This document shows positions 1 through 7,308 of a stretch of DNA of 64,000 nucleotides, in pieces. Numbering within the stretch: position 1 is the first letter of the stretch; every line of letters starts with the position of its first letter. The notes beneath the pieces were generated by a model, which was given only the letters and a program-made list of their open reading frames with translations, ran no database searches and was not told the origin of the DNA. The DNA is from an uncultured virus (IMG/VR IMGVR_UViG_3300017971_000274) (lineage: Duplodnaviria > Heunggongvirae > Uroviricota > Caudoviricetes). Made by a program: the position numbers and the translations under genes. Location of the stretch: positions 1-64,000 of the IMG/VR virus record IMGVR_UViG_3300017971_000274. One strand, 5' to 3'.

Positions 1-296
1 GCCTGAGCCTCTTCCAGGGGTAAGGTTCCACGGGGACCTTCTATCACACCTTCGACCATAGGCCATTTCTTCTGGAAGGTCAGCCGAACTACATCTCGTC
101 CCCTGACGATCGCGTTGGCAATGTCCTCCGCAACCTTACGGCCAATACCTGTCTTGTCTCTGATGAGCCGCATGACTCGCTCAACCTTGGACTTTTTTGA
201 CTCTTTTGGCGAGTACTTAAATCCCACACGGGTGTCAGAATCTAACTCCAGGCCCGTCTTCTCCAGGTACCGGGTCATGACTTTTTCAGCGTCCAT
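1..296 (-). CDS. hypothetical protein, 3'-partial, probable virion-internal family
   Basis: Manually translated from ATG at 296 (MDAEKVMTRYLEKTG...), open to the window edge; the N-terminus resembles the RVxxR[YF] motif of other small genes. Confidence 0.6.
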   Translation of the reverse strand, partial: MDAEKVMTRYLEKTGLELDSDTRVGFKYSPKESKKSKVERVMRLIRDKTGIGRKVAEDIANAIVRGRDVVRLTFQKKWPMVEGVIEGPRGTLPLEEAQ

Positions 297-416
297 ACCC
301 AGAGAGTTAAAATAAATCTTTAGGAATCAGATTTACCGGTGTAACAGTCAGAATACGGCAAAACTGATTTCGCGAGGCGGTGTAATAGTACACCAAGAGG
401 AAACCCGCCCTCAAAT

Positions 417-2300
417 GTGCGGGCAGATCGGATGGATAACATGCAAAACGAGAATCTCGGACCGGCTGAGAGAATCCTACAGACGGTCCTCTCTCACTCG
501 GGCCATGCTGTCCACAACCGTGCTGGTATCGCAGTTACCGACACCGGATCGGTCGTGGGTTCTAAGTGGTTGCCGGTCACTCACGTAGAGGAGAACGGCG
601 ACAAGATCGTTTACGAATTGCGTAAGGTCGGCCGCAAGAGCACCAAGGTCAAGCTGGGCAAGCTCAGCAATGACGGGCGTGTTCGGGACGGTCGTCGGGT
701 TGTAGGCAAGTACCAACCGGCCGGGTTGTACCCGGACGTTGTTGAGTGGGTCTACAAGCAGGTCGCGGAAGTCTGGAATCTCGATAACGAGTTCGCGGCC
801 AAGTGGGCCTCCTACGCATACGGCCAGGAGCACCGGGACCTCAAGGTCATCCTGGCAGCCTTCATGCTCGTTCAAACCCGTAAGGGTGATCCGGTCCTGG
901 ACAAGGGCAAGGTCGCGTTCCTCGACGAGGACTACCGTGACGTTGGCGAGGCCATGTTCCTGATCACCACCAAGGGCAAGGACGGCAAGGTCAGCTTCAA
1001 CCCGAAGTTGCTCATGAGGGTCCACGATGTTCTGAGCCTACCGGCCGTCGCCAAGATCAACCGGGATCTCGGTTTCGGTAAGTCCGCTCGTAAGCCGTTC
1101 CTGGGTCGTTGGCCCAAGGCCGTGGAGAAGTGGCTACGGTACCGGGAAGAGAACCCCAAGATGCTGGAAGGTCTGGTCAACGCGGGCTTCCGGCGTACGG
1201 TGATGGATCTGGCCCGTAAGGTCGGATACAAGCCGAACACCGGCAAGTTCTTCGAGACCCTTCGTTGGAAGCAAGCGCAGTCCAAGGAGGGGCACCGGAG
1301 CATCGCCATCGGCCAGGAGGTCAAGGCGGCGGAATCCTGGGAGGGTCTGACCGAAGAGCAGATCTGCGAGAAGATCACCCAGGACCGGCCGAACTGGAAG
1401 CGGGTCGTGGGTCTTCTGCCCAAGGACGGTGTGACCAGGGCTGTCATGGCGGCTGCCATCGAGGTCGGGTCCCTGTCCAACAAGGACCTGATCATCGCGA
1501 CCCCGACTCTGGAAGAGCTTGGACTGTTGGATGTCCAGGACATCCGGGTTCGGTGGGAGACGGCGGTCAAGGAGGCCGAAGACATGCGGGCGGCCAACAT
1601 CGCCCAGCGTGTCAAGTCCAAGAAGACCCAGGAGAAGCTGTCGGAGGCGGCCGACAACGCTGTCAAGAAGGCCGTCGCAGAGGTGCTCAATAGCCAGAGA
1701 ATCTACTTCTGTGTGGACGTTTCGTCCTCCATGCACAAGGCCATTCCGACGGCTAAGCGGTACCTGACCCAGTTCCTACAGGGGTTCCCCCTGGAGCGGA
1801 CTCACGTGTCGGTGTTCAACACCTCCGGTCGTGTTGTGAAGATCAAGCAGAACTCGTCGGCTGGTGTCGAGCAAGCTTTCCGTGGTTTCAGGGCGGGCGG
1901 CGGCACCGATTACGGAGCGGGCGTCAGGGTACTCCAGTCCTTCAAGCCTGAGGACGATGAAGACGTGATCTTCATCTTCGTGGGCGACGAAGAGGCGTAC
2001 GACTTCTCCGATTCCGTGAGGTCTTCCGGCCTCAACCCGGTTGCTTTCGGGTTCCTCAAGGTAGGCGGCACTCGCGGCTACACGGCGGTCCAGGACACGG
2101 CGGCCAATCTCGGTATCCCGTGCTTCATGATCGACGAGGGGATCTTCGCGGACCCGTACGCGATTCCCCGCACCATCAGAGACCTGATCGCGGCTACTCC
2201 GGTGGGCAAGGCGTCCAGAAAGGCGGCGGCTCCCAGAGTATCGCTGGTCGATCTCATCCTCAACACTGAGTTGCTGACCAAGCCCGCTTGGGCAGCTTGA
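417..2300 (+). CDS. Ro60/TROVE-like protein with C-terminal vWA domain
   Basis: MIDAS DVSSS, GGGTD and FVGDEE mark the vWA domain; GRWPKAVEKW and GFRRTVMDLARKVGYKP resemble Ro60 TROVE motifs; true start may be ATG 432 or 441. Confidence 0.7.
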   Translation: MRADRMDNMQNENLGPAERILQTVLSHSGHAVHNRAGIAVTDTGSVVGSKWLPVTHVEENGDKIVYELRKVGRKSTKVKLGKLSNDGRVRDGRRVVGKYQPAGLYPDVVEWVYKQVAEVWNLDNEFAAKWASYAYGQEHRDLKVILAAFMLVQTRKGDPVLDKGKVAFLDEDYRDVGEAMFLITTKGKDGKVSFNPKLLMRVHDVLSLPAVAKINRDLGFGKSARKPFLGRWPKAVEKWLRYREENPKMLEGLVNAGFRRTVMDLARKVGYKPNTGKFFETLRWKQAQSKEGHRSIAIGQEVKAAESWEGLTEEQICEKITQDRPNWKRVVGLLPKDGVTRAVMAAAIEVGSLSNKDLIIATPTLEELGLLDVQDIRVRWETAVKEAEDMRAANIAQRVKSKKTQEKLSEAADNAVKKAVAEVLNSQRIYFCVDVSSSMHKAIPTAKRYLTQFLQGFPLERTHVSVFNTSGRVVKIKQNSSAGVEQAFRGFRAGGGTDYGAGVRVLQSFKPEDDEDVIFIFVGDEEAYDFSDSVRSSGLNPVAFGFLKVGGTRGYTAVQDTAANLGIPCFMIDEGIFADPYAIPRTIRDLIAATPVGKASRKAAAPRVSLVDLILNTELLTKPAWAA

Positions 2301-2331
2301 TTCTAACTCTAACCGGTGTAATAGTTGAACC

Positions 2332-3273
2332 ATGACTTGGAGAGACCTACTACAGACTAAGGATGAAACCCTGGTTTCGCCATGGGTCGGGGGTAGGTCT
2401 CTCCGGTCGGGTTCACGACAGTGGACCATCGACGGCCGTTTGCCGGATGAGCACGGTTGGGTAGTCTTCTCCCTGAACGGTCGGCGGGCGCGTGTTCTCC
2501 GACAGGCCGACGATTCTGACACTGATCTGCTCATGGGTAAGGTCATGGGTTATTTGGTCGGAGACAGGCTGGTCCCGCGTGACGTTCGAGTTGAGCCGAA
2601 GATCGCGGATATCGTGGCCAACGCGGAGCGCGTCCACCTGATCGAGCCGTTTCTGGACCGGTTCGTGTACGTCTCTGCCGGGCGTATGTGTGAGGACGGC
2701 CCGCTCTTTTTCATGCAACAAGAGATGCCGCTGGGTCCGGAGATGGACGTTCTGACGGCGTACCTGGACGGCAAGGATTCCGTGGCCGACATCAAGGATG
2801 TTTCCCCGGCCCTGGATGCCGCTTTCCGGATGGAGATCTTCCAACGGAAGGAGGCAGAGAAGCGTCGGCGGGAGCTTGCCGAAAAGCGCCAGCGGGAAGA
2901 AGAGGAGCGTCAAAAGGAGGCCCGTAGACGCGAGATCGTCGAGAAGCTGGGAGACGGCGCTGGCCGTCGGGAAATGGCTCTCCTGGACTTCGAGGAGGCC
3001 GCAAAGGCCGCTTTAGCGGTAGGCGGGGCTGTGCTTCTGGATCAACGTGCCGGGCACCGCAAGAACGAGATGATCGTTAAGTACCGGCTCAAGCGGCGGC
3101 GGTTCGAATGTACGTGCGACAAGAAAACTCTTAGGATTATCGATTCTGGGGTGTGTTTAACAGATCATGACACCGGAGAGAAGGGAGACGACCTACTGAC
3201 CCTTGAGAGCCTACCGTCCGTTATCCTGGAAGCGGAGCGAACGGGACAACTCGTGGTTTACAGGCACGTCTAA
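2332..3273 (+). CDS. hypothetical protein of the Ubl locus (coiled coil plus Cys-containing C-terminal domain)
   Basis: 313 aa ORF between the vWA and JAB genes; ECTCD...DSGVCLTDH motif. Confidence 0.75.
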   Translation: MTWRDLLQTKDETLVSPWVGGRSLRSGSRQWTIDGRLPDEHGWVVFSLNGRRARVLRQADDSDTDLLMGKVMGYLVGDRLVPRDVRVEPKIADIVANAERVHLIEPFLDRFVYVSAGRMCEDGPLFFMQQEMPLGPEMDVLTAYLDGKDSVADIKDVSPALDAAFRMEIFQRKEAEKRRRELAEKRQREEEERQKEARRREIVEKLGDGAGRREMALLDFEEAAKAALAVGGAVLLDQRAGHRKNEMIVKYRLKRRRFECTCDKKTLRIIDSGVCLTDHDTGEKGDDLLTLESLPSVILEAERTGQLVVYRHV

Positions 3274-3282
3274 GGTATTGAA

Positions 3283-3687
3283 ATGACTGTGGAAGCTGGA
3301 GTTCTAGTCGATCGTGAGGGAAAGCCACTGTTCTGGCATATCCCGACGGACCGGTCCGTGGCCTACCTTCCAGACAGCCGAACGCTCTGGGACGTGATCT
3401 GGGACAACCGGGACAGGGTGTTAGGATTTGCTCACAGCCACCCCGGCTCCGGGGTGCCGGGTCCCTCTTACGAGGACGTTACGACCTTCAACGGCGTGGA
3501 GACGGCTCTCGGTCGGAGGATAATCTGGTGGATCACGAGTTCCACCCATCTCGTTCACATCGTCTGGCAAGGCCCGGACAAATACGACTACCGCGTCAAT
3601 CTCAACAAATATTACCAGCCGATATGGCTACCAAGACTTCGAAAGGAATCGAGGTACGAGCTAGAAAGAGAGGTGCAGCATGGCTGA
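3283..3687 (+). CDS. JAB/MPN (JAMM) metalloprotease
   Basis: N-terminal E (VEAG) and HSHP-x6-PS-x2-D JAMM motif. Confidence 0.9.
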   Translation: MTVEAGVLVDREGKPLFWHIPTDRSVAYLPDSRTLWDVIWDNRDRVLGFAHSHPGSGVPGPSYEDVTTFNGVETALGRRIIWWITSSTHLVHIVWQGPDKYDYRVNLNKYYQPIWLPRLRKESRYELEREVQHG

Positions 3688-3946
3688 CAACATCAACGAA
3701 AACGACGCTCGCGTCAACATCACCTACGGGGGTCAGAACGGGGACCTTCCGGACCCGGTTCTCTTCGCTGCGTCTGACGACGACGTGAAGGGGTGGGTCT
3801 CCGAAGCCATCCGTGGCGGGGACATTCCCGGTATCCCGGCTCAGGCACCCGACCTGGGTAACTACGTCGTGGATCGGTTCAACGCAACCGACGCACGTCC
3901 CTACAACCTGATTCAGCTTCGGCCGAAGACGCCCTTCGGGGTTTGA
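3680..3946 (+). CDS. ubiquitin-like (beta-grasp) protein
   Basis: 88 aa, overlaps the JAB stop, SD GAGG, ends LIQLRPKTPFG-V; JAB and E1 context. Confidence 0.7.
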   Translation: MADNINENDARVNITYGGQNGDLPDPVLFAASDDDVKGWVSEAIRGGDIPGIPAQAPDLGNYVVDRFNATDARPYNLIQLRPKTPFGV

Positions 3947-3950
3947 GCCG

Positions 3951-4169
3951 ATGGCGGGTCAGGAACGTCCTGGTTGGTGTCCGCACACGGATTGTCGGTT
4001 CAAGCGGTTGAGCGACAATGCGTGTGTCGGGCATCTGCCGGAACCTTCCATAGAACACAGGATTTGCTTCGCGGGGGTCTTGCCGGACCCCGACGAGGTG
4101 TTCGAGCTAATGGTAGACGACTCGGATCTACGGGATCTTCGCTGGTTGCTCGAAGGGCTGAAGGAGTAA
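3951..4169 (+). CDS. small Cys-rich hypothetical protein
   Basis: CPHTDC..C..C; tightly packed with neighbours. Confidence 0.6.
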   Translation: MAGQERPGWCPHTDCRFKRLSDNACVGHLPEPSIEHRICFAGVLPDPDEVFELMVDDSDLRDLRWLLEGLKE

Positions 4170-4171
4170 AG

Positions 4172-4408
4172 ATGGCCTCGTTTGTTATAGGTGAGCCGGG
4201 GAACCGGCTTTTGGCGCGTATCGAAAAATCCAGTGGCGACCTCGTCCTGACAAGAGAAGAGGGTTCCCAGGAAACGAAGATAGTTATCTCGAAGGACGAG
4301 AAAAACGTCTTGCGGGAATGGCTCAGGCTTGATGAACTGTGGCCTGAGGGACTGTCGCCGGATCAGGCCGAAGCGGTCGTGGAGCTTTTACGCGAAAGAA
4401 CGGCCTGA
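4172..4408 (+). CDS. hypothetical protein
   Basis: AGGAG SD before ATG 4172. Confidence 0.6.
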   Translation: MASFVIGEPGNRLLARIEKSSGDLVLTREEGSQETKIVISKDEKNVLREWLRLDELWPEGLSPDQAEAVVELLRERTA

Positions 4409-4794
4409 TGGACATTGTAGTCACGTTGCCCAAGTCTTTCGGACTCAAGCGCTGGATTGCAGAGGGCGACCCGGCCGGGGCCAAATGGAGCGGCACGGAG
4501 TGGGGTTGGTTCATGGGGGGCAGCCCGCCGAAGAAGCTGCAACCCGGCGACCGTGTTTATGTGGTCTACAGCGGCCACCTTATCGGATACTCGCCGTTGA
4601 TACGGATAGACGACGACCCCGTATGCTACGACACGAACGTTCCCGTCTACTTCAAGGACAGCTTTGCCCTGGTTCGAGGTGGTGACGCCGTAGCTGTCAC
4701 GATCGACCAGAAGATTCGGGGCTTCCAGGGCTACCGCTACCGTTGGTGGGACCGGTCGGAAGAAAGACCGTTCCCGGAGTGGCAGAAGCTATGA
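4408..4794 (+). CDS. ASCH/PUA-like domain protein
   Basis: PGDRVYVV..G.LIGY and C-terminal IRGFQGYRY pattern; TGATG coupling. Confidence 0.45.
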   Translation: MDIVVTLPKSFGLKRWIAEGDPAGAKWSGTEWGWFMGGSPPKKLQPGDRVYVVYSGHLIGYSPLIRIDDDPVCYDTNVPVYFKDSFALVRGGDAVAVTIDQKIRGFQGYRYRWWDRSEERPFPEWQKL

Positions 4795-4994
4795 CTACCC
4801 TGAAGGGCGCAACTGTTCAGATTACGGAGCAAACCGTTCGCGAACTTGTTCAGGCCATCGACCAAGCCAAGAAGCTGGCCAACCCTCCTGAGGTGGCTGT
4901 AGTCGCTTCTTCCCATTCTAGTACCAGTTTCGAGATCGCCCTGGAGCTAACACCACACACCCAGGAGTCGCTGGGGTATCGTCGGAGACCATGA
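4791..4994 (+). CDS. hypothetical protein
   Basis: ATGA overlaps at both ends. Confidence 0.55.
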   Translation: MTTLKGATVQITEQTVRELVQAIDQAKKLANPPEVAVVASSHSSTSFEIALELTPHTQESLGYRRRP

Positions 4995-5251
4995 TCACTC
5001 AACACAGGACAGAGTTTTCGTGTCCCGTTTGCGGGGGCGACACATTCGGCAGTGTCGAGAATAAAGAGACCGGCGAGTGGGAATACACCTGTTCCGGTGG
5101 TTATTGTGCTGCCGCTGTCAGCGGCCCGTTCAAGTTCAAAGCGAGTGATATGTGGAAGTATTTCAAGGGTGTGACGAGACGCCACTTCGACTCCTGGAAC
5201 GAGTTTCGTAAGTGGGACAAGAAGAAAGGAACAGGTGTGTCGGGACCATAA
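4991..5251 (+). CDS. Zn-ribbon hypothetical protein
   Basis: CPVC...CSGGYC. Confidence 0.6.
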   Translation: MITQHRTEFSCPVCGGDTFGSVENKETGEWEYTCSGGYCAAAVSGPFKFKASDMWKYFKGVTRRHFDSWNEFRKWDKKKGTGVSGP

Positions 5252-5688
5252 TGGGCTACTCAATCTACGTTGCTGCCAGGAGCCAAAAAGACCAGAAGCG
5301 GATGTTCGACTTTCTGGAACAACACTTCAAGTACATGACTCCCCTTCCGGAGGCGTCGGCGCTTTGGCTGACCACGGACATGGCGTATTCCGAGAAGGTG
5401 AAGTGGCCCGTCGGGTTCGACTACAAGTCCTGGATCAGTTTCGGTGAACGGACGTACGCCTACGCCGTGATCTACTGGATGGCCCAGGTTCTGACCAAAG
5501 CCCCTCATTATTACTATTACGACTTCGATCGAGAGAAGGTGCCCGAAGAAGAAGACGAAGAGGCCCTTTACAAGTTCCTACGGGAGCCTCTTAGTCGCTT
5601 TGAACAGGGTGATGCCAGAGAGATCGCTGCTTTCATAGCCAAGGAGCGGGACCGGCTAAAAACCCTCTGGCAAGAAGAAAATGCTTAG
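5251..5688 (+). CDS. hypothetical protein
   Basis: TAATG coupling, start MGYSIYV. Confidence 0.6.
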   Translation: MGYSIYVAARSQKDQKRMFDFLEQHFKYMTPLPEASALWLTTDMAYSEKVKWPVGFDYKSWISFGERTYAYAVIYWMAQVLTKAPHYYYYDFDREKVPEEEDEEALYKFLREPLSRFEQGDAREIAAFIAKERDRLKTLWQEENA

Positions 5689-5718
5689 GTCTTTCAACAG
5701 CCAACCGTACACAGGGGT

Positions 5719-6288
5719 ATGAAGAACATCACGATCATAGGTGCCGGTGCTCTAGGCTCACATTTGATACTGTTCCTACGGAACGAGGCGACCATGAAGG
5801 TCGTCGATTTCGACCGGGTGGAGCAAAAGAACACGTTGAGCCAGTTCCATGGCAAGGCGGGCGTCGGCAAGAACAAGACGCAGTCCCTGGCCCAGGCAAT
5901 GCAGTTCCTATTCGGGATCAAGCTCAACATGGTCCCGCACAAACTGACGGCCGACAACGAGAAGGAGCTTCTGGGCGGTGCCGATCTGGTCATCGACTGC
6001 CTGGACAACCCAGAGTCTCGGCGCGTGGTCCAGGGTTTCGCCAAGGAGGCCGAGATCCCGTGTCTCCACGGAGCGCTGGCCGCCGACGGAGCTTTCGGCC
6101 GGGTGGTCTGGACCGAGAATTTCGTCATCGACGACGGGGCAGCCGGGGCCGCCACTTGCGAGGACGGTGAGCATCTGCCCTTCATCGCTGTGGTCTCTGC
6201 CCTTCTGGCCCGGTCGGCTCAGGCGTTCCTCAAGGACGGCAAGAAAATCGGTTATGAAATCAGCCCAGGCGGTGTAATTATTACTTGA
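5719..6288 (+). CDS. ThiF/MoeB/E1-like adenylyltransferase
   Basis: IIGAGALGS nucleotide-binding loop, DFDRVEQKNTLSQ, VIDCLDN; candidate catalytic Cys in ATCEDG; no Zn CxxC pairs. Confidence 0.92.
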   Translation: MKNITIIGAGALGSHLILFLRNEATMKVVDFDRVEQKNTLSQFHGKAGVGKNKTQSLAQAMQFLFGIKLNMVPHKLTADNEKELLGGADLVIDCLDNPESRRVVQGFAKEAEIPCLHGALAADGAFGRVVWTENFVIDDGAAGAATCEDGEHLPFIAVVSALLARSAQAFLKDGKKIGYEISPGGVIIT

Positions 6289-6313
6289 CAACACCGTTTG
6301 GATCAGTATCTTA

Positions 6314-6414
6314 GGGGACGTACCCAATACCTATACCTTACACGACGATTAAACCGGGCGGCAAAGAAGCCGCCCACCGCAGTAACCAACAGGTTTAGAA
6401 CTCGGGTACACTCC
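6314..6414 (+). ncRNA. Y-RNA-like element A (shared module plus simple hairpin)
   Basis: GTACCC/GGGTAC stem, AATAC/AACTC internal loop, CTATACCT/AGGTTTAG stem, TACAC, inner hairpin GGGCGGC/GCCGCCC. Confidence 0.7.
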
Positions 6415-6422
6415 ACTAATAA

Positions 6423-6563
6423 GGGGCTATACAGACGGACGGTCCGTCACCTTTCTATCGAAGAGGAAAAACCAAAAACCCAGGATCGATTCTCGGCTCT
6501 GCAAGGAGCCATATTTCTGGTCCTCACAAGCGTTTTAGGGTTCGACTCCCGATAGCCCCTCCA
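6423..6563 (+). ncRNA. tRNA-like element B with shared module in the variable region
   Basis: GGGGCTA/TAGCCCC acceptor followed by TCCA, T loop TTCGACT, inserted module capped by a GCAA loop, CACAAGC. Confidence 0.7.
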
Positions 6564-6564
6564 A

Positions 6565-6704
6565 CCCGTACCCAACAGGTGAATCTTACATGCATACACA
6601 GGTTCGAATCCTGTTTTCCAAACCAAAACTATTGGAAATAGCCTAGTGGTTAGGCACTCGTCTAGAAAACGAGCAATCAAACAGGTTCATGACTCGGGTG
6701 CGGG
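6565..6704 (+). ncRNA. circularly permuted tRNA-like element C (loop CTAGAAA) closed by the shared module
   Basis: Order is T arm, acceptor 3' strand plus ACCA, acceptor 5' strand, D arm, anticodon arm; terminal stems CCCGTACCC/GGGTGCGGG and GTGAATCT/AGGTTCAT. Confidence 0.8.
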
Positions 6705-6713
6705 AAGATTTTA

Positions 6714-6852
6714 GGCAGACTGGGCCGGGTGGCCCGCTTACGATCATAACGTAGGTTTGTACGCAATCAGCACCTAACACTCGTTCTCGCGAGAGAACAA
6801 TACTTCTGTGCTCACAAGCAAAATTGTTGGTTCGAGTCCAACGTCTGCCACC
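6714..6852 (+). ncRNA. tRNA(CAT)-like element D with shared module in the variable region
   Basis: GGCAGAC/GTCTGCC acceptor, anticodon loop ATCATAA, T arm GTTGG-TTCGAGT-CCAAC, insert capped by GCGA, CACAAGC. Confidence 0.75.
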
Positions 6853-6978
6853 GAGAGCGATCAATCGGAGAAAGCATACAAGCGTAGCTCATTTAGGGTA
6901 GAGCGTCTGTTTTACACACAGAAAGTAGTGGGTTCGATTCCCATCGCAAACATCCTGCTTCTCGTCTCGAACGCTCTC
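6853..6978 (+). ncRNA. tRNA-Val(TAC)-like element E with the acceptor stem replaced by the shared module
   Basis: Canonical D, anticodon (TTTACAC) and T arms; acceptor only GCG/CGC; flanks GAGAAAGCA/TGCTTCTC and GAGAGCG/CGCTCTC; TACAAGC. Confidence 0.75.
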
Positions 6979-7014
6979 TAACTTTTCAGCATCATTTTGT
7001 AGGCAGCGGTTGGT

Positions 7015-7308
7015 ATGTACAGCTACGACCGCCGTCTTGCGCTCCAGCTAGAGCCTTTACCCTCCTGGACGTTCACCAAGCCGCTCACGAAGGCTTTCAG
7101 GGAACTTGACCGGGTAGACGTTTACAAGGCTTACGGTACTTTTGAAGATCTGTTCGGCAACCTGGAACGGCTGGAAGCCCTGGAGCCGCGTGAGGTACGT
7201 GAAGGAGAGCAACTCTCACGGACGTTCGCGGAACTCCGACGTGAGACGCTTAACGCGATGGTCGATGCTTCCAATCTATTCGAAGTTATCAAACGCCGGG
7301 CCACGTAA
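7015..7308 (+). CDS. hypothetical protein (MYSYDRR N-terminus)
   Basis: N-terminus shared with the next gene. Confidence 0.65.
   Translation: MYSYDRRLALQLEPLPSWTFTKPLTKAFRELDRVDVYKAYGTFEDLFGNLERLEALEPREVREGEQLSRTFAELRRETLNAMVDASNLFEVIKRRAT

Noticed and set aside
6423..6563. tmRNA interpretation of element B (GGGGCT start, T arm, CCA)
   Set aside because: Only 141 nt, G3:C70 rather than G3:U70, and no tag reading frame or pseudoknots seen
6298..6864. ORFs 6298-6555, 6447-6680 and 6643-6864
   Set aside because: They overlap the structured RNA array and have no recognisable protein features
6314..6978. CRISPR array or simple tandem repeat
   Set aside because: Units share structure and short motifs, not identical direct repeats with spacers
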